Below, one piece after another: positions 9,611-18,014 of a DNA stretch of 47,175 nucleotides. The notes below the pieces were generated by a model, which saw only the letters and a program-made list of their open reading frames with translations, did not search any database and was not told where the DNA came from. Every line of letters begins with the position of its first letter. Position 1 is the stretch's first letter. The stretch comes from a virus (taxonomy: Duplodnaviria > Caudoviricetes): positions 1-47,175 of the IMG/VR virus record IMGVR_UViG_3300032316_000300. One strand, written 5' to 3'. Position numbers and translations under genes: made by a program.

Positions 9611-9624
9611 CCGACAAATGTCGG
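9611..9624. repeat. palindromic motif copy 2 (reverse orientation)
   Basis: GACACC-CCGACAAATGTCGG-CGCGT, the reverse complement of the 12502-12526 copy. Confidence 0.9.
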
Positions 9625-9659
9625 CGCGTCACTCGTTCCATAAAAGATAGTAGGACAAC

Positions 9660-9673
9660 CCGACAAATGTCGG
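9660..9673. repeat. palindromic motif copy 3 (reverse orientation)
   Basis: CCGACAAATGTCGG. Confidence 0.9.
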
Positions 9674-9681
9674 CGTGGGCT

Positions 9682-10247
9682 TGTAACGCCCTGCCAATGC
9701 GGTGTTACATAACCGTTCACAGGATAACGAATTATCAGGAGATATCATAGTCGATGTTACATCGGCACCGTTACAGGTTACCTGTAACTGCAACAAATCG
9801 TGTGACGCTCGCAAAGCCAATAGGCATGCGGTTCTACGTTACTTTTTTTATCTATTTTCAGCAAAACAAAAATATATATAGAGCCTAGAAATTAGATTAT
9901 CCTGTAACTGTAACAGAGTGTGGAAAAGCGTGATTGTGTCACTCGTTCTGCGAATGCGCCAACGACTATGTTTTTTGAGCGTTGCGCTCATTTTACCCAT
10001 TTTTTATTATGTAACACCGCGTCCCTATTGCCTCTCAGAGCGTCACACCATTTGTTGCAGTTACAGGTAACTTGTAACGGTAACACCCCAAAAACAGCCC
10101 ATTTACCCCATGTTACACAATACTGTTATGTGAACGGTTATGTAACTGTGAACACGCGATGTTGACAGGATAGTTGACGGCCACCACCAAACCAACTACC
10201 TTACTGTTATGTAACTGTCAACGTTACAGGATAGCTTATTATGTAAC
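9682..10247. repeat. non-coding TGTAAC/GTTACA array with long inverted repeat; candidate replication origin
   Basis: 15 TGTAAC/GTTACA hexamers by hand count. 9768-9810 pairs with 10038-10080 (41/43) and 9704-9721 with 10129-10146 (18/18). AT-rich tract at 9841-9880. Confidence 0.75.
10174..10202 (+). promoter_or_regulatory. possible sigma70 promoter for the 10271 gene
   Basis: TTGACG, 17 nt, TACCTT; weak -10 box. Confidence 0.35.
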
Positions 10248-10270
10248 AGTCAACAAAAAGGAGTTTTATC

Positions 10271-10765
10271 ATGGGTGAGTTTTTATTAAGTATTCTCGGA
10301 TTTTCAGCAGATGAGAGTCATTTAGTGTATGTCAAAAAAACGTTCCGTTCGAAATTCAAAGCGGGTGATGCAGTCAACCTATCCACACCAAACCCGAATC
10401 GCGAACACCAAACAACCTACTATCGTATCTATGGCAACTTCTACCCTATCGAAGTGCTGCATGAATTAGTGCGAAGCCAAAACCCGAATGTGGTAGACCG
10501 CGATGGGTTCGTACCATATCAAAGAGAACTACGTGATGCAGACATAGCAGTATCAATATCAGAGGGCGAGACGATTACAGAGGTGGCTAAAGCATACGGA
10601 TGGCACGAAGAAGCTATCAAGTTAGCACTCGTTCGTCATAAAACAAAAATGCTTGCAAAGCGCGAAGCTGAGGATACACTGGACGATGAACCGAAACTAA
10701 CCCCTGAAAATATCACCGCAGAACAGATAGCGAAGCGTGAAGCGTTACTCGCTCAATGGGAATAA
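10271..10765 (+). CDS. HTH-containing putative DNA-binding protein
   Basis: AAGGAG RBS; RDADIAVSISEGETITEVAKAYGWHEEAIKLAL fits a helix-turn-helix. Confidence 0.65.
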   Translation: MGEFLLSILGFSADESHLVYVKKTFRSKFKAGDAVNLSTPNPNREHQTTYYRIYGNFYPIEVLHELVRSQNPNVVDRDGFVPYQRELRDADIAVSISEGETITEVAKAYGWHEEAIKLALVRHKTKMLAKREAEDTLDDEPKLTPENITAEQIAKREALLAQWE

Positions 10766-10779
10766 CGGAACCTCATAGC

Positions 10780-10807
10780 TTGACATAAGATACCATCAGA
10801 GTATAAT
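10780..10807 (+). promoter_or_regulatory. early sigma70 promoter P2
   Basis: TTGACA, 16 nt, TATAAT. Confidence 0.85.
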
Positions 10808-10849
10808 AACGGATGTGTCATCGAGATATGGCACACCTTGTAGGACATT

Positions 10850-10863
10850 CCGACATTTGTCGG
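10850..10863. repeat. palindromic motif copy 4, in the P2 leader
   Basis: CCGACATTTGTCGG-GGTGTC. Confidence 0.9.
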
Positions 10864-10901
10864 GGTGTCCATTTTTATCAGATATTACGGAGAACGATAT
10901 C

Positions 10902-12500
10902 ATGTGTAACAAATGTGAAGCGACAGCAACACCAACAACACCTTTACTCACTATGTGGGCGCAGTGGTCACACCATACTTATCGCAACGCAACCATCCGC
11001 GAGTTTATGAAAGAGCAACACCTCACCGAGAACCGCAAGTATTGGTCACACGCTCGCCGTCATTGGGTGGAGGACGAGAAGCCACAGAAGCAACAAAACG
11101 GACACGCATTCGCTAAACAGAAAGCCATCGCGCACAAGGTCGCATCGCGCGAAGCTACTACCCTAGTGGACGCGAACGTGGTTTCGTTCTATCTAAAAAC
11201 ACTCAATGACATCAACCGTTATATAGCCGAGAAGCTAGAGCCATCCTTCGTCAGCACTATGACCAAGCAACGCGATGGCACATGGGAACCGATTGACGTG
11301 ATGAACAAGCTACACCCATACCTGCACAACCAAGGCTCATCGCATGACGCGTATGCCACATCACAGCAAGCCTTTCATATACTAAACCGCTTGCACAACA
11401 TTCACTTGTCAACCGAGGACATCAATCAGATAGCGTACTATCCAACGCTCAAGCACATGCGAGAGGGGCGCGAGGTTCGTACCAAGCTAGGTCGTTATCT
11501 CACCAAGTATCAGCAAGCACTCAGCCTATCCGAGAGCGACATCAAGAACATGGCAGAGAAGCACTCAGCCAATATGCGCTCACGTGGTGGGTGGTCGGTG
11601 GACTTCATCGCGCATAACGATGCACAAGGTTGGCTCACTGTGTACGAGAGTCCCGATGTCACTAGCTGTATGCAGAATGAGGATGCTGTGCGTATCTATG
11701 CCCACGAGAAAAGCGTACTGCGCCTAGCCCATGTCAAGGCAGGTGATAAGATAATCGCACGTTGTATCGTGCGAGAGGATGACGGTGCCAAAGGTTGGCT
11801 ACGTGTGTACCCTGACCCGAACGGCTACGCAGAAGGTCGCTATCTCTTGGACTATCTCAAGACCAACGGCTACGAAAATCAGACCAACCTAGACGGTGCG
11901 CTGTTACAGTACATCGAGAGTGGCAGTAACATCGTGTGTCCGTACCTTGACTATGGTAGTGGTGGTGACCAATCGGTCGGTGTGGTTACGCGTGATGGTG
12001 TCCGATACCTTGAGGCAGGTGGCAGTGACTACAACGCGACCGAGACCAACGGCTATGCCCAAACCAATACACAGTCATGTGATATATGTGGCGATGATGT
12101 CCACGAGGAGGAGATTAGCCACATCGAGCATGATAATAACTACGTGTGTGAGCATTGTCGTGACCGTCACTATACGTGGGCTTATGGTCGTAGATACGAG
12201 GACTATTTCCCTAGCGATGAGTGTGTCGAAGTCAACGGCGAATGGTATTGGGTTGATACGATTGAGAACCACGGCTTTGAACAGTGTCAGCATACCTATG
12301 ATTATTTCCCAAGCGATGAGATAGTAGGGACATATGATGGTAGGTATCACATGGACTATGTTGTTAGCGTTGACCGCCATACCGATTGGGAATATGTGTA
12401 CGAGAACAATGTGCATACCTTATCAGACGGCACGACTTGTCACGAGAATGATGCAGACTCATACCAAATGGAAATTGATGTTGAGGCTGGCAAAGTATAA
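10902..12500 (+). CDS. large early protein with SCM...AR...RVY (PcfJ/GNAT-like) domain and C-terminal Zn-ribbon/acidic repeats
   Basis: ACGGAG RBS before ATG 10902; motifs TSCMQ, IIARCIV, WLRVYP, CPYLD, CDICG...VCEHC. The fold call is tentative. Confidence 0.55.
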   Translation: MCNKCEATATPTTPLLTMWAQWSHHTYRNATIREFMKEQHLTENRKYWSHARRHWVEDEKPQKQQNGHAFAKQKAIAHKVASREATTLVDANVVSFYLKTLNDINRYIAEKLEPSFVSTMTKQRDGTWEPIDVMNKLHPYLHNQGSSHDAYATSQQAFHILNRLHNIHLSTEDINQIAYYPTLKHMREGREVRTKLGRYLTKYQQALSLSESDIKNMAEKHSANMRSRGGWSVDFIAHNDAQGWLTVYESPDVTSCMQNEDAVRIYAHEKSVLRLAHVKAGDKIIARCIVREDDGAKGWLRVYPDPNGYAEGRYLLDYLKTNGYENQTNLDGALLQYIESGSNIVCPYLDYGSGGDQSVGVVTRDGVRYLEAGGSDYNATETNGYAQTNTQSCDICGDDVHEEEISHIEHDNNYVCEHCRDRHYTWAYGRRYEDYFPSDECVEVNGEWYWVDTIENHGFEQCQHTYDYFPSDEIVGTYDGRYHMDYVVSVDRHTDWEYVYENNVHTLSDGTTCHENDADSYQMEIDVEAGKV

Positions 12501-12506
12501 TACGCG

Positions 12507-12520
12507 CCGACATTTGTCGG
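12507..12520. repeat. palindromic motif copy 5 (intergenic)
   Basis: ACGCG-CCGACATTTGTCGG-GGTGTC. Confidence 0.9.
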
Positions 12521-12544
12521 GGTGTCACAAACAGGAGAATTACA

Positions 12545-13594
12545 ATGGAACATCTTATTAGTATTTTAGAAACACGTCGCCAACATAACAGCGAGGGCGA
12601 GGCATCATTCATTGAGCGGTTCATCTTACCGCTAGGTGCTACACCCATGACCAACCCCAAGGGCGAGACGATTGCCTACGTGGTGAACAACACACACGGA
12701 CATAGTAAGGTGTTGTGGTCGGCTCACATTGACACGATGCACCGCAAGACTAAAGAGGGTGCGGATGGTGGGCTTACTCAAGAGGTGTGGGTAGCAGATG
12801 ACGGCATGGCATTCGTGACTGACACAGCAGATTGTCTAGGTGCAGATGATGGTGCAGGTATGTATCTTATGTTCAACATGATTATGCAGGATGTGGCAGG
12901 TACGTACATCTTTCATCGTGGCGAGGAGATTGGTTGTTGGGGTAGTGGCGAGATGGCTACGCATCATCGTGATTGGCTCAAGCAGTTTACTCATGCGATT
13001 GCATTCGACAGGCGCGGTACGACTAGCATCATTACCCATCAGCGTGGCGAGCGTTGTTGTAGCGATGCGTTGGGCAACCAACTTGCTGGACTATTCGGTA
13101 CTGCGATGGAGTATGTGCTAGACCCGACAGGCGTTTACACCGACACAGCGGAGTATATGGACATTATTCCAGAATGCTTAAATATATCCATCGGGTATGA
13201 CAGCGAGCATAGCCACTTCGAGACACTAGATACTAACCATGTGTTTGCGTTGCGCGATGCTATATGCGCACTAGATTGGGACACCATCTCGCTTGTAGTA
13301 GAGCGTGACCCGACCAAGCGTGAGTATAAAGAGCCTAGCTATGGTGCATGGGGTACGTGGTCGGGCAGTAAGTCACGGTTACCATCTAACATCAGTGCGT
13401 ATGAGATACCTAGTGTCGAGCGTATCCTGTCTACTTCAACGCGTAGCCTTGCACAATGGGTAGCAGATGCAGACCCCGAGGATGTAGCGATGCTACTACA
13501 AGACATGGCAGACCAGCTAGAGGAGGCGCACTATGCCATGAACGACTACTATGACGAGTCAGCTTATAACAAACTAAATGTGGGGATGATGTAA
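12545..13594 (+). CDS. M20/M28-family zinc peptidase
   Basis: Metal-ligand motifs SAHIDT, LGADDGAG, HRGEEIG, IAFDR, EHSHFETLD. Confidence 0.88.
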   Translation: MEHLISILETRRQHNSEGEASFIERFILPLGATPMTNPKGETIAYVVNNTHGHSKVLWSAHIDTMHRKTKEGADGGLTQEVWVADDGMAFVTDTADCLGADDGAGMYLMFNMIMQDVAGTYIFHRGEEIGCWGSGEMATHHRDWLKQFTHAIAFDRRGTTSIITHQRGERCCSDALGNQLAGLFGTAMEYVLDPTGVYTDTAEYMDIIPECLNISIGYDSEHSHFETLDTNHVFALRDAICALDWDTISLVVERDPTKREYKEPSYGAWGTWSGSKSRLPSNISAYEIPSVERILSTSTRSLAQWVADADPEDVAMLLQDMADQLEEAHYAMNDYYDESAYNKLNVGMM

Positions 13595-13776
13595 TGGCAA
13601 CGATTAGACACAGTCCGAATTGGAACAAACGAACTAACCACGAGTACGACGAGCCTGTCGTACCTCGCTCACAGTTTAATAACTTTGTGCGTGATTATCT
13701 TGAGGCTTGCTTTGATGGTAGGGATGTATATGTACTACCAAAGTATCAAGATGAGTTAGACAGGTTCTTGTGGTAA
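13594..13776 (+). CDS. hypothetical protein
   Basis: 60 aa, TAATG-coupled to the peptidase. Confidence 0.6.
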   Translation: MATIRHSPNWNKRTNHEYDEPVVPRSQFNNFVRDYLEACFDGRDVYVLPKYQDELDRFLW

Positions 13777-13791
13777 CAACATATCACACGC

Positions 13792-13819
13792 TTGTAATAA
13801 GCCCTAGTAGGTGTATAAT
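13792..13819 (+). promoter_or_regulatory. early sigma70 promoter P3
   Basis: TTGTAA, 16 nt, TATAAT. Confidence 0.7.
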
Positions 13820-13854
13820 GGTAGACCTAGTGGGGCAATCAAGCCTTACCCATC

Positions 13855-13868
13855 CCGACATTTGTCGG
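13855..13868. repeat. palindromic motif copy 6, in the P3 leader
   Basis: CCGACATTTGTCGG-GGTGT. Confidence 0.9.
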
Positions 13869-13895
13869 GGTGTAATTTAAATGAGGAGAAGCATC

Positions 13896-14147
13896 ATGCC
13901 AAGAGGTATTTATGACCGCAGTAAAAAAGTAACACAAGTAGAACGTCCTGTAAGAAACATAGTATCACTTGAGGAAGCTATCAATGTAGTGGCTAATGCG
14001 CTTGCTGTCGTTGATGGTTTAGACATCAAGGTGTGGGGTGACGAAGTGTTGTTTGACTATGATGGCTCACGCTACACGACAACATCTTATGACGCACACA
14101 AGGTGCTTGAAGCTATCAAGACTTTAGCAGACTGTAAGTACGACTAA
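13896..14147 (+). CDS. hypothetical protein
   Basis: GAGGAG RBS before MPRGIYDRSK. Confidence 0.7.
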   Translation: MPRGIYDRSKKVTQVERPVRNIVSLEEAINVVANALAVVDGLDIKVWGDEVLFDYDGSRYTTTSYDAHKVLEAIKTLADCKYD

Positions 14148-14165
14148 CAATAAACCTAACGGAGA

Positions 14166-15269
14166 ATGACAATGAATAATGCTTATAACTTTGCAGTAAA
14201 CCACCATGAGGCGGCTACATTAGTACGTACGAATGGTAACAAAGTATCGTATGTTTTTGAGGGTGAGCCAGGTGTTGGTAAGTCTAGCATCTTGAAATCA
14301 CTCAAGGAACAAATGGGAACGAGTGACTTTGACTTTATCTACATCGACGTGCCACTCAAGGACATTCCCGACATCGCGCTATCAATGCCCGACCATGAGG
14401 CAAAGGTAACACGTGCGTTCATCAATGAGATTTGGTTAGGTACAGACCCAAAGAAACCTAAAGTCATCTTGGTTGACGAGGTGTTCAAGGGTACGGACTT
14501 TGTGAAGCTGATGATGAACCGCCTACTGCTTGAGCAACAGGTCGGTGACTACAAGTTACCCGAAGGCAGTATCGTGTTTGGTACGACTAACTTCGCGACC
14601 GATGGTGTGGGTGACAGAGCCAATGCGCATACCAACAGCCGAATAGTGCGTGTGCCAATGCGTAAGTCGACAGGTGATGAGTGGCAACCATGGGCAATTG
14701 AGAACAACATCCATCCGCTTGTGACGACGTGGGCTAAGCAGAACCCAGCTATCTTTCATTCGTACAAGGACACCGAGTTTGATGCGAGAGCGCACAAGGA
14801 TGGGCAAGGGATATTCCACTACATATTCCACCCACAACATAACAACCAATGCTACGTATGCCCACGTACGCTAGAGATGGCAAGCCATCAGATATACAAC
14901 ATGGAGACAACAGGCGAGGCTCTTATGACTAAGGCATTGATTGGTACGGTAGGCATGAAAGCAGCTCTTGATATGAGTGCGATGTTTGCGCTAGGTGCAG
15001 ACCTACCTACGCTGGATGACATTGTGCAACAGCCCGACAATGCGCGAGTACCAAGAAGCGCACCAGCACAGCTGATGCTAGTGTTCAAGTCGTTGCAGTA
15101 TCTTAGTGCTGGTAACGTGGATGCGTTTGCTACTTACTTCCAACGCTTGCCTAAAGAGGTGATGAGTACTTGGATTAAGACCATCGTATCTACGGACAAG
15201 GTGAAAGCTATCGCGCTCAAGAACCAACAGATTAAAACGTTTGCGATTGATAACAGCTGGATACTATGA
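14166..15269 (+). CDS. MoxR/AAA_5-type AAA+ ATPase
   Basis: Walker A GEPGVGKS, Walker B ILVDE, sensor I GTTN, CPRT sensor II; VWA partner downstream. Confidence 0.88.
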   Translation: MTMNNAYNFAVNHHEAATLVRTNGNKVSYVFEGEPGVGKSSILKSLKEQMGTSDFDFIYIDVPLKDIPDIALSMPDHEAKVTRAFINEIWLGTDPKKPKVILVDEVFKGTDFVKLMMNRLLLEQQVGDYKLPEGSIVFGTTNFATDGVGDRANAHTNSRIVRVPMRKSTGDEWQPWAIENNIHPLVTTWAKQNPAIFHSYKDTEFDARAHKDGQGIFHYIFHPQHNNQCYVCPRTLEMASHQIYNMETTGEALMTKALIGTVGMKAALDMSAMFALGADLPTLDDIVQQPDNARVPRSAPAQLMLVFKSLQYLSAGNVDAFATYFQRLPKEVMSTWIKTIVSTDKVKAIALKNQQIKTFAIDNSWIL

Positions 15270-15475
15270 AAAAGCAAATGCTTCCGTTCTTGACCGAGTG
15301 GCTACTTAAGCATGGAACTAACCCGACTGCGATTGAAAAGCTAGGCATTACCAATATGGAATTGTTCTATAAAGCGATGCGTAAAGGCTACGTCATTGAG
15401 GTATCAGTCGGGCAACCAGTAATCATGAAGCTAACTAAAGAAGGTGTTAAATACTTACAGGAGAATCAAAAATGA
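15266..15475 (+). CDS. small winged-helix-like protein A
   Basis: 69 aa; KGYV...KLTKEGVKYL resembles a wing motif. Confidence 0.55.
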   Translation: MKKQMLPFLTEWLLKHGTNPTAIEKLGITNMELFYKAMRKGYVIEVSVGQPVIMKLTKEGVKYLQENQK

Positions 15476-16317
15476 GTTCATTAAATGCGGCAATTGTAGA
15501 GTTAAATGTATCAACATGGACGGCGCGTAAGCTAGACAAGAACGCGTCTAAAGAAGTTAAGGTAAGTAAGGGCGCGAACAGCGATGATGCGGCACGTGTC
15601 AACAAGAACCTGTTAGCAGGTATGAACAACCTAAAGCGTGTGACTGACTTCGTAGCACTAACACGTAACGACTTCTATCGCTTGACCTTGCCTTGGTCTG
15701 ATAGTGGGCAACGCTTGGTACCGATGATGCAGTTCTTTGAGTTGAAGCAATGGATTAACGACCGTGAGGCTACGTTCAATCAGCTAGTGTCAGAGTTCTT
15801 GCGTGACTACCCAACATTGATTAGTGCGCAAGCCTTTCAATTGGGTGCGTTGTTTGACCGCAATGAGTTCCCCGATGTTGAGGAGATTGCTACTAAGTTT
15901 AGGTTCAAGGTGGGGTTCTTACCGCTACCAAGCACAGGCGACTTCCGTATTGATGCACCGAATGAGATTGTGGCTGACATGCAGAAGGAATACGAGGCGA
16001 TGTTCAACGAACGTATTGAACAGGTAAACCAAGAGTTATGGACACGCTTGCATGACACGCTTAAACACATGAGCGACAGGCTGGGCTATGACCCCACAGG
16101 CAAGGCTAAGATATTCCGTGACAGCATGGTAGACAATGCTGTAGAATTATGCGACATGCTAAAGCGATTGAACGTAACCAATGACCCGAAACTAGAGAAG
16201 GCTAGGGCTGGGCTAGAGTCAGCACTACTTGGCGTTGATGCTAGTGAGATTAGATTAGATGGGGCGCGTGATGAAGTCAAACACAAAGTTGATACCGTCA
16301 TCGCTGATTGGTTCTAG
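15472..16317 (+). CDS. helical MoxR-VWA-associated protein (DUF3150-like)
   Basis: 281 aa; WTARKLDK, TLPWSDSGQRL, LNVTNDPKLE; lies between the ATPase and VWA genes. Confidence 0.6.
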   Translation: MSSLNAAIVELNVSTWTARKLDKNASKEVKVSKGANSDDAARVNKNLLAGMNNLKRVTDFVALTRNDFYRLTLPWSDSGQRLVPMMQFFELKQWINDREATFNQLVSEFLRDYPTLISAQAFQLGALFDRNEFPDVEEIATKFRFKVGFLPLPSTGDFRIDAPNEIVADMQKEYEAMFNERIEQVNQELWTRLHDTLKHMSDRLGYDPTGKAKIFRDSMVDNAVELCDMLKRLNVTNDPKLEKARAGLESALLGVDASEIRLDGARDEVKHKVDTVIADWF

Positions 16318-16326
16318 GAGAATAGA

Positions 16327-17508
16327 ATGAGACAAGATGAATTAAGTGCAGAGCAGTTGATTAGCAAGACCAAGGTGTCTATCATGAACGATGACGATTG
16401 GAAGTGGATGGCTGGCATTGTCATGATGGGTACGACAGGCTTTGTTGAGGGTGACCACAAGGTACAGACAGCGGCGACTGATGGCTTGAACGAACTGTAT
16501 CATCGTGACTTTATTGAAGGGCTAACACTACCGCAGATTAAGTTTATCGTACTGCATGAAAACTTCCATAAGATGTTTAGACATCTATTTGTATGGCAAG
16601 CCTTGTGGAAAGAGTCGCCTGAGTTAGCGAACATCGCATGTGACGCTGTGATTAACACACAGTACTTGTATGGTAAGGCTGGCTTAGACTTTGTTGAAGG
16701 TGGTATCTACATGCCTGAATACAGAGATGCTGATGTGTGGAACGTCAAGGCTGTGTACGATGACCTTAAGAAGCAAGCTAAAGAACTACCGCAGAGCGGA
16801 CACGACCAGCATGATTGGGAAGAGGCTGACCAAGTATCCGAAGCAGAAGCTAAAGACATCGAAGTACAGGTAGACAATGCGTTACGACAAGCCGCGTTAG
16901 CTGGCAACATCGGTGCGAGTATGCCACGTAGTATTACAGAGATGCTTGTACCCGAGGTGGATTGGAAGTCATTGCTTGCTGAGTTCTTTAAGAGTGCATG
17001 TAGTGGTAGTGACAAACAAACATGGCGCAGACCACACCGTACTTACGTAGCATATGATTTGTATATACCAGCGCCGTATAGCGAGAACATTGGTCGTGTA
17101 CTAATTGCTGGTGATACGTCGGGTTCTATTGATGACCGCATGCTGTCCGTCATTCTAGGTTACATGCAACAGCTAGTAAATGAGACACAACCCAATGGTG
17201 TAGACATCGCATGGTGGGGTAGTAAGGTCGTAGGTGTAGATAGTTTTGAGCGCGGTGCTATGGACAGCCTAGCTAGTGTAGTCAAGCCTGTAGGCGGTGG
17301 TGGTACAAGTCCCGCATGTATAACTGAGTGGATGAAGAAGGAGAACAAAGATGATTACGTATGTGCAGTCATTATCACTGATGGAGAGTTTTATGGTGAT
17401 AGCGTTGGCGAGTGGGGTGACCTACCTACTCTATGGCTTGTGGTTAATAGCAGACCGATACCTAACATCCCTGTTGGACAAACTGTTCAAGTAAAGGATG
17501 TGTCATGA
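16327..17508 (+). CDS. metallopeptidase-VWA protein (DUF2201-like)
   Basis: TAATDG, HENFH (HExxH), NIACDAVIN, MIDAS DTSGS, GGGTSP, IITDG. Confidence 0.88.
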   Translation: MRQDELSAEQLISKTKVSIMNDDDWKWMAGIVMMGTTGFVEGDHKVQTAATDGLNELYHRDFIEGLTLPQIKFIVLHENFHKMFRHLFVWQALWKESPELANIACDAVINTQYLYGKAGLDFVEGGIYMPEYRDADVWNVKAVYDDLKKQAKELPQSGHDQHDWEEADQVSEAEAKDIEVQVDNALRQAALAGNIGASMPRSITEMLVPEVDWKSLLAEFFKSACSGSDKQTWRRPHRTYVAYDLYIPAPYSENIGRVLIAGDTSGSIDDRMLSVILGYMQQLVNETQPNGVDIAWWGSKVVGVDSFERGAMDSLASVVKPVGGGGTSPACITEWMKKENKDDYVCAVIITDGEFYGDSVGEWGDLPTLWLVVNSRPIPNIPVGQTVQVKDVS

Positions 17509-17717
17509 ATGATACGCTAGATGGATACAAAGAATGGCTGTTAGATATATTGATTCGATGCGGTGTTGGGGTGATTAGGAATACTAACATGCATTGGAGA
17601 TACTTAAATGAGGCAACGATTAAAGGGCACATTGTGTATGGAGATGACGAGGAGTCTAACTTTATTGCATATACACTAACACCTACTGCGGCTAACTATT
17701 TAAAGGGGAACGAGTGA
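17505..17717 (+). CDS. small winged-helix-like protein B
   Basis: 70 aa; resembles 15266-15475. Confidence 0.55.
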   Translation: MNDTLDGYKEWLLDILIRCGVGVIRNTNMHWRYLNEATIKGHIVYGDDEESNFIAYTLTPTAANYLKGNE

Positions 17718-17866
17718 TGTTTTTTGAATCAGCACAATTGATTGACAGCGTGTACGGCATGCGGACTAAGCCTAATACCAAACACGCTAAGAAATTAAAA
17801 GAAGCCATCGCCTATCTTGGTGATAAGTATTTGTTGGCTAAACCTGTGGAGAAAAATCATGGATAA
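17717..17866 (+). CDS. small hypothetical protein (49 aa, not in ORF track)
   Basis: TGATG-coupled; MFFESAQLIDSVYGMRTKPNTKHAKKLKEAIAYLGDKYLLAKPVEKNHG. Confidence 0.6.
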   Translation: MFFESAQLIDSVYGMRTKPNTKHAKKLKEAIAYLGDKYLLAKPVEKNHG

Positions 17867-18014
17867 AATTATTACTCCTGTAATTGTTGGATTGATGACA
17901 TCATGCATTGTGTGTGGTATATTGCTAAACCAAATACCAAAAGTCGAGGAGTGCATTGTGTTAATGAAAGACCAATACGGACATACTCACCAATACAAAG
18001 GAGCGGCGCGATGA
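17859..18014 (+). CDS. small membrane-anchored protein
   Basis: GGAG RBS; hydrophobic IITPVIVGLMTSCIVCGILL. Confidence 0.55.
   Translation: MDKIITPVIVGLMTSCIVCGILLNQIPKVEECIVLMKDQYGHTHQYKGAAR

Noticed and set aside
9378-10165. ORF-track ORFs 9378-9641, 9526-9720, 9629-9820 and 9920-10165
   Set aside because: No RBS; their shared peptides (RRHLSGCP, LLQLQVTCNG) are translations of the DNA repeats.
8559-13868. Palindromic repeats as a CRISPR array
   Set aside because: Copies are 14-25 bp, irregularly spaced over 5 kb, in both orientations and separated by genes.
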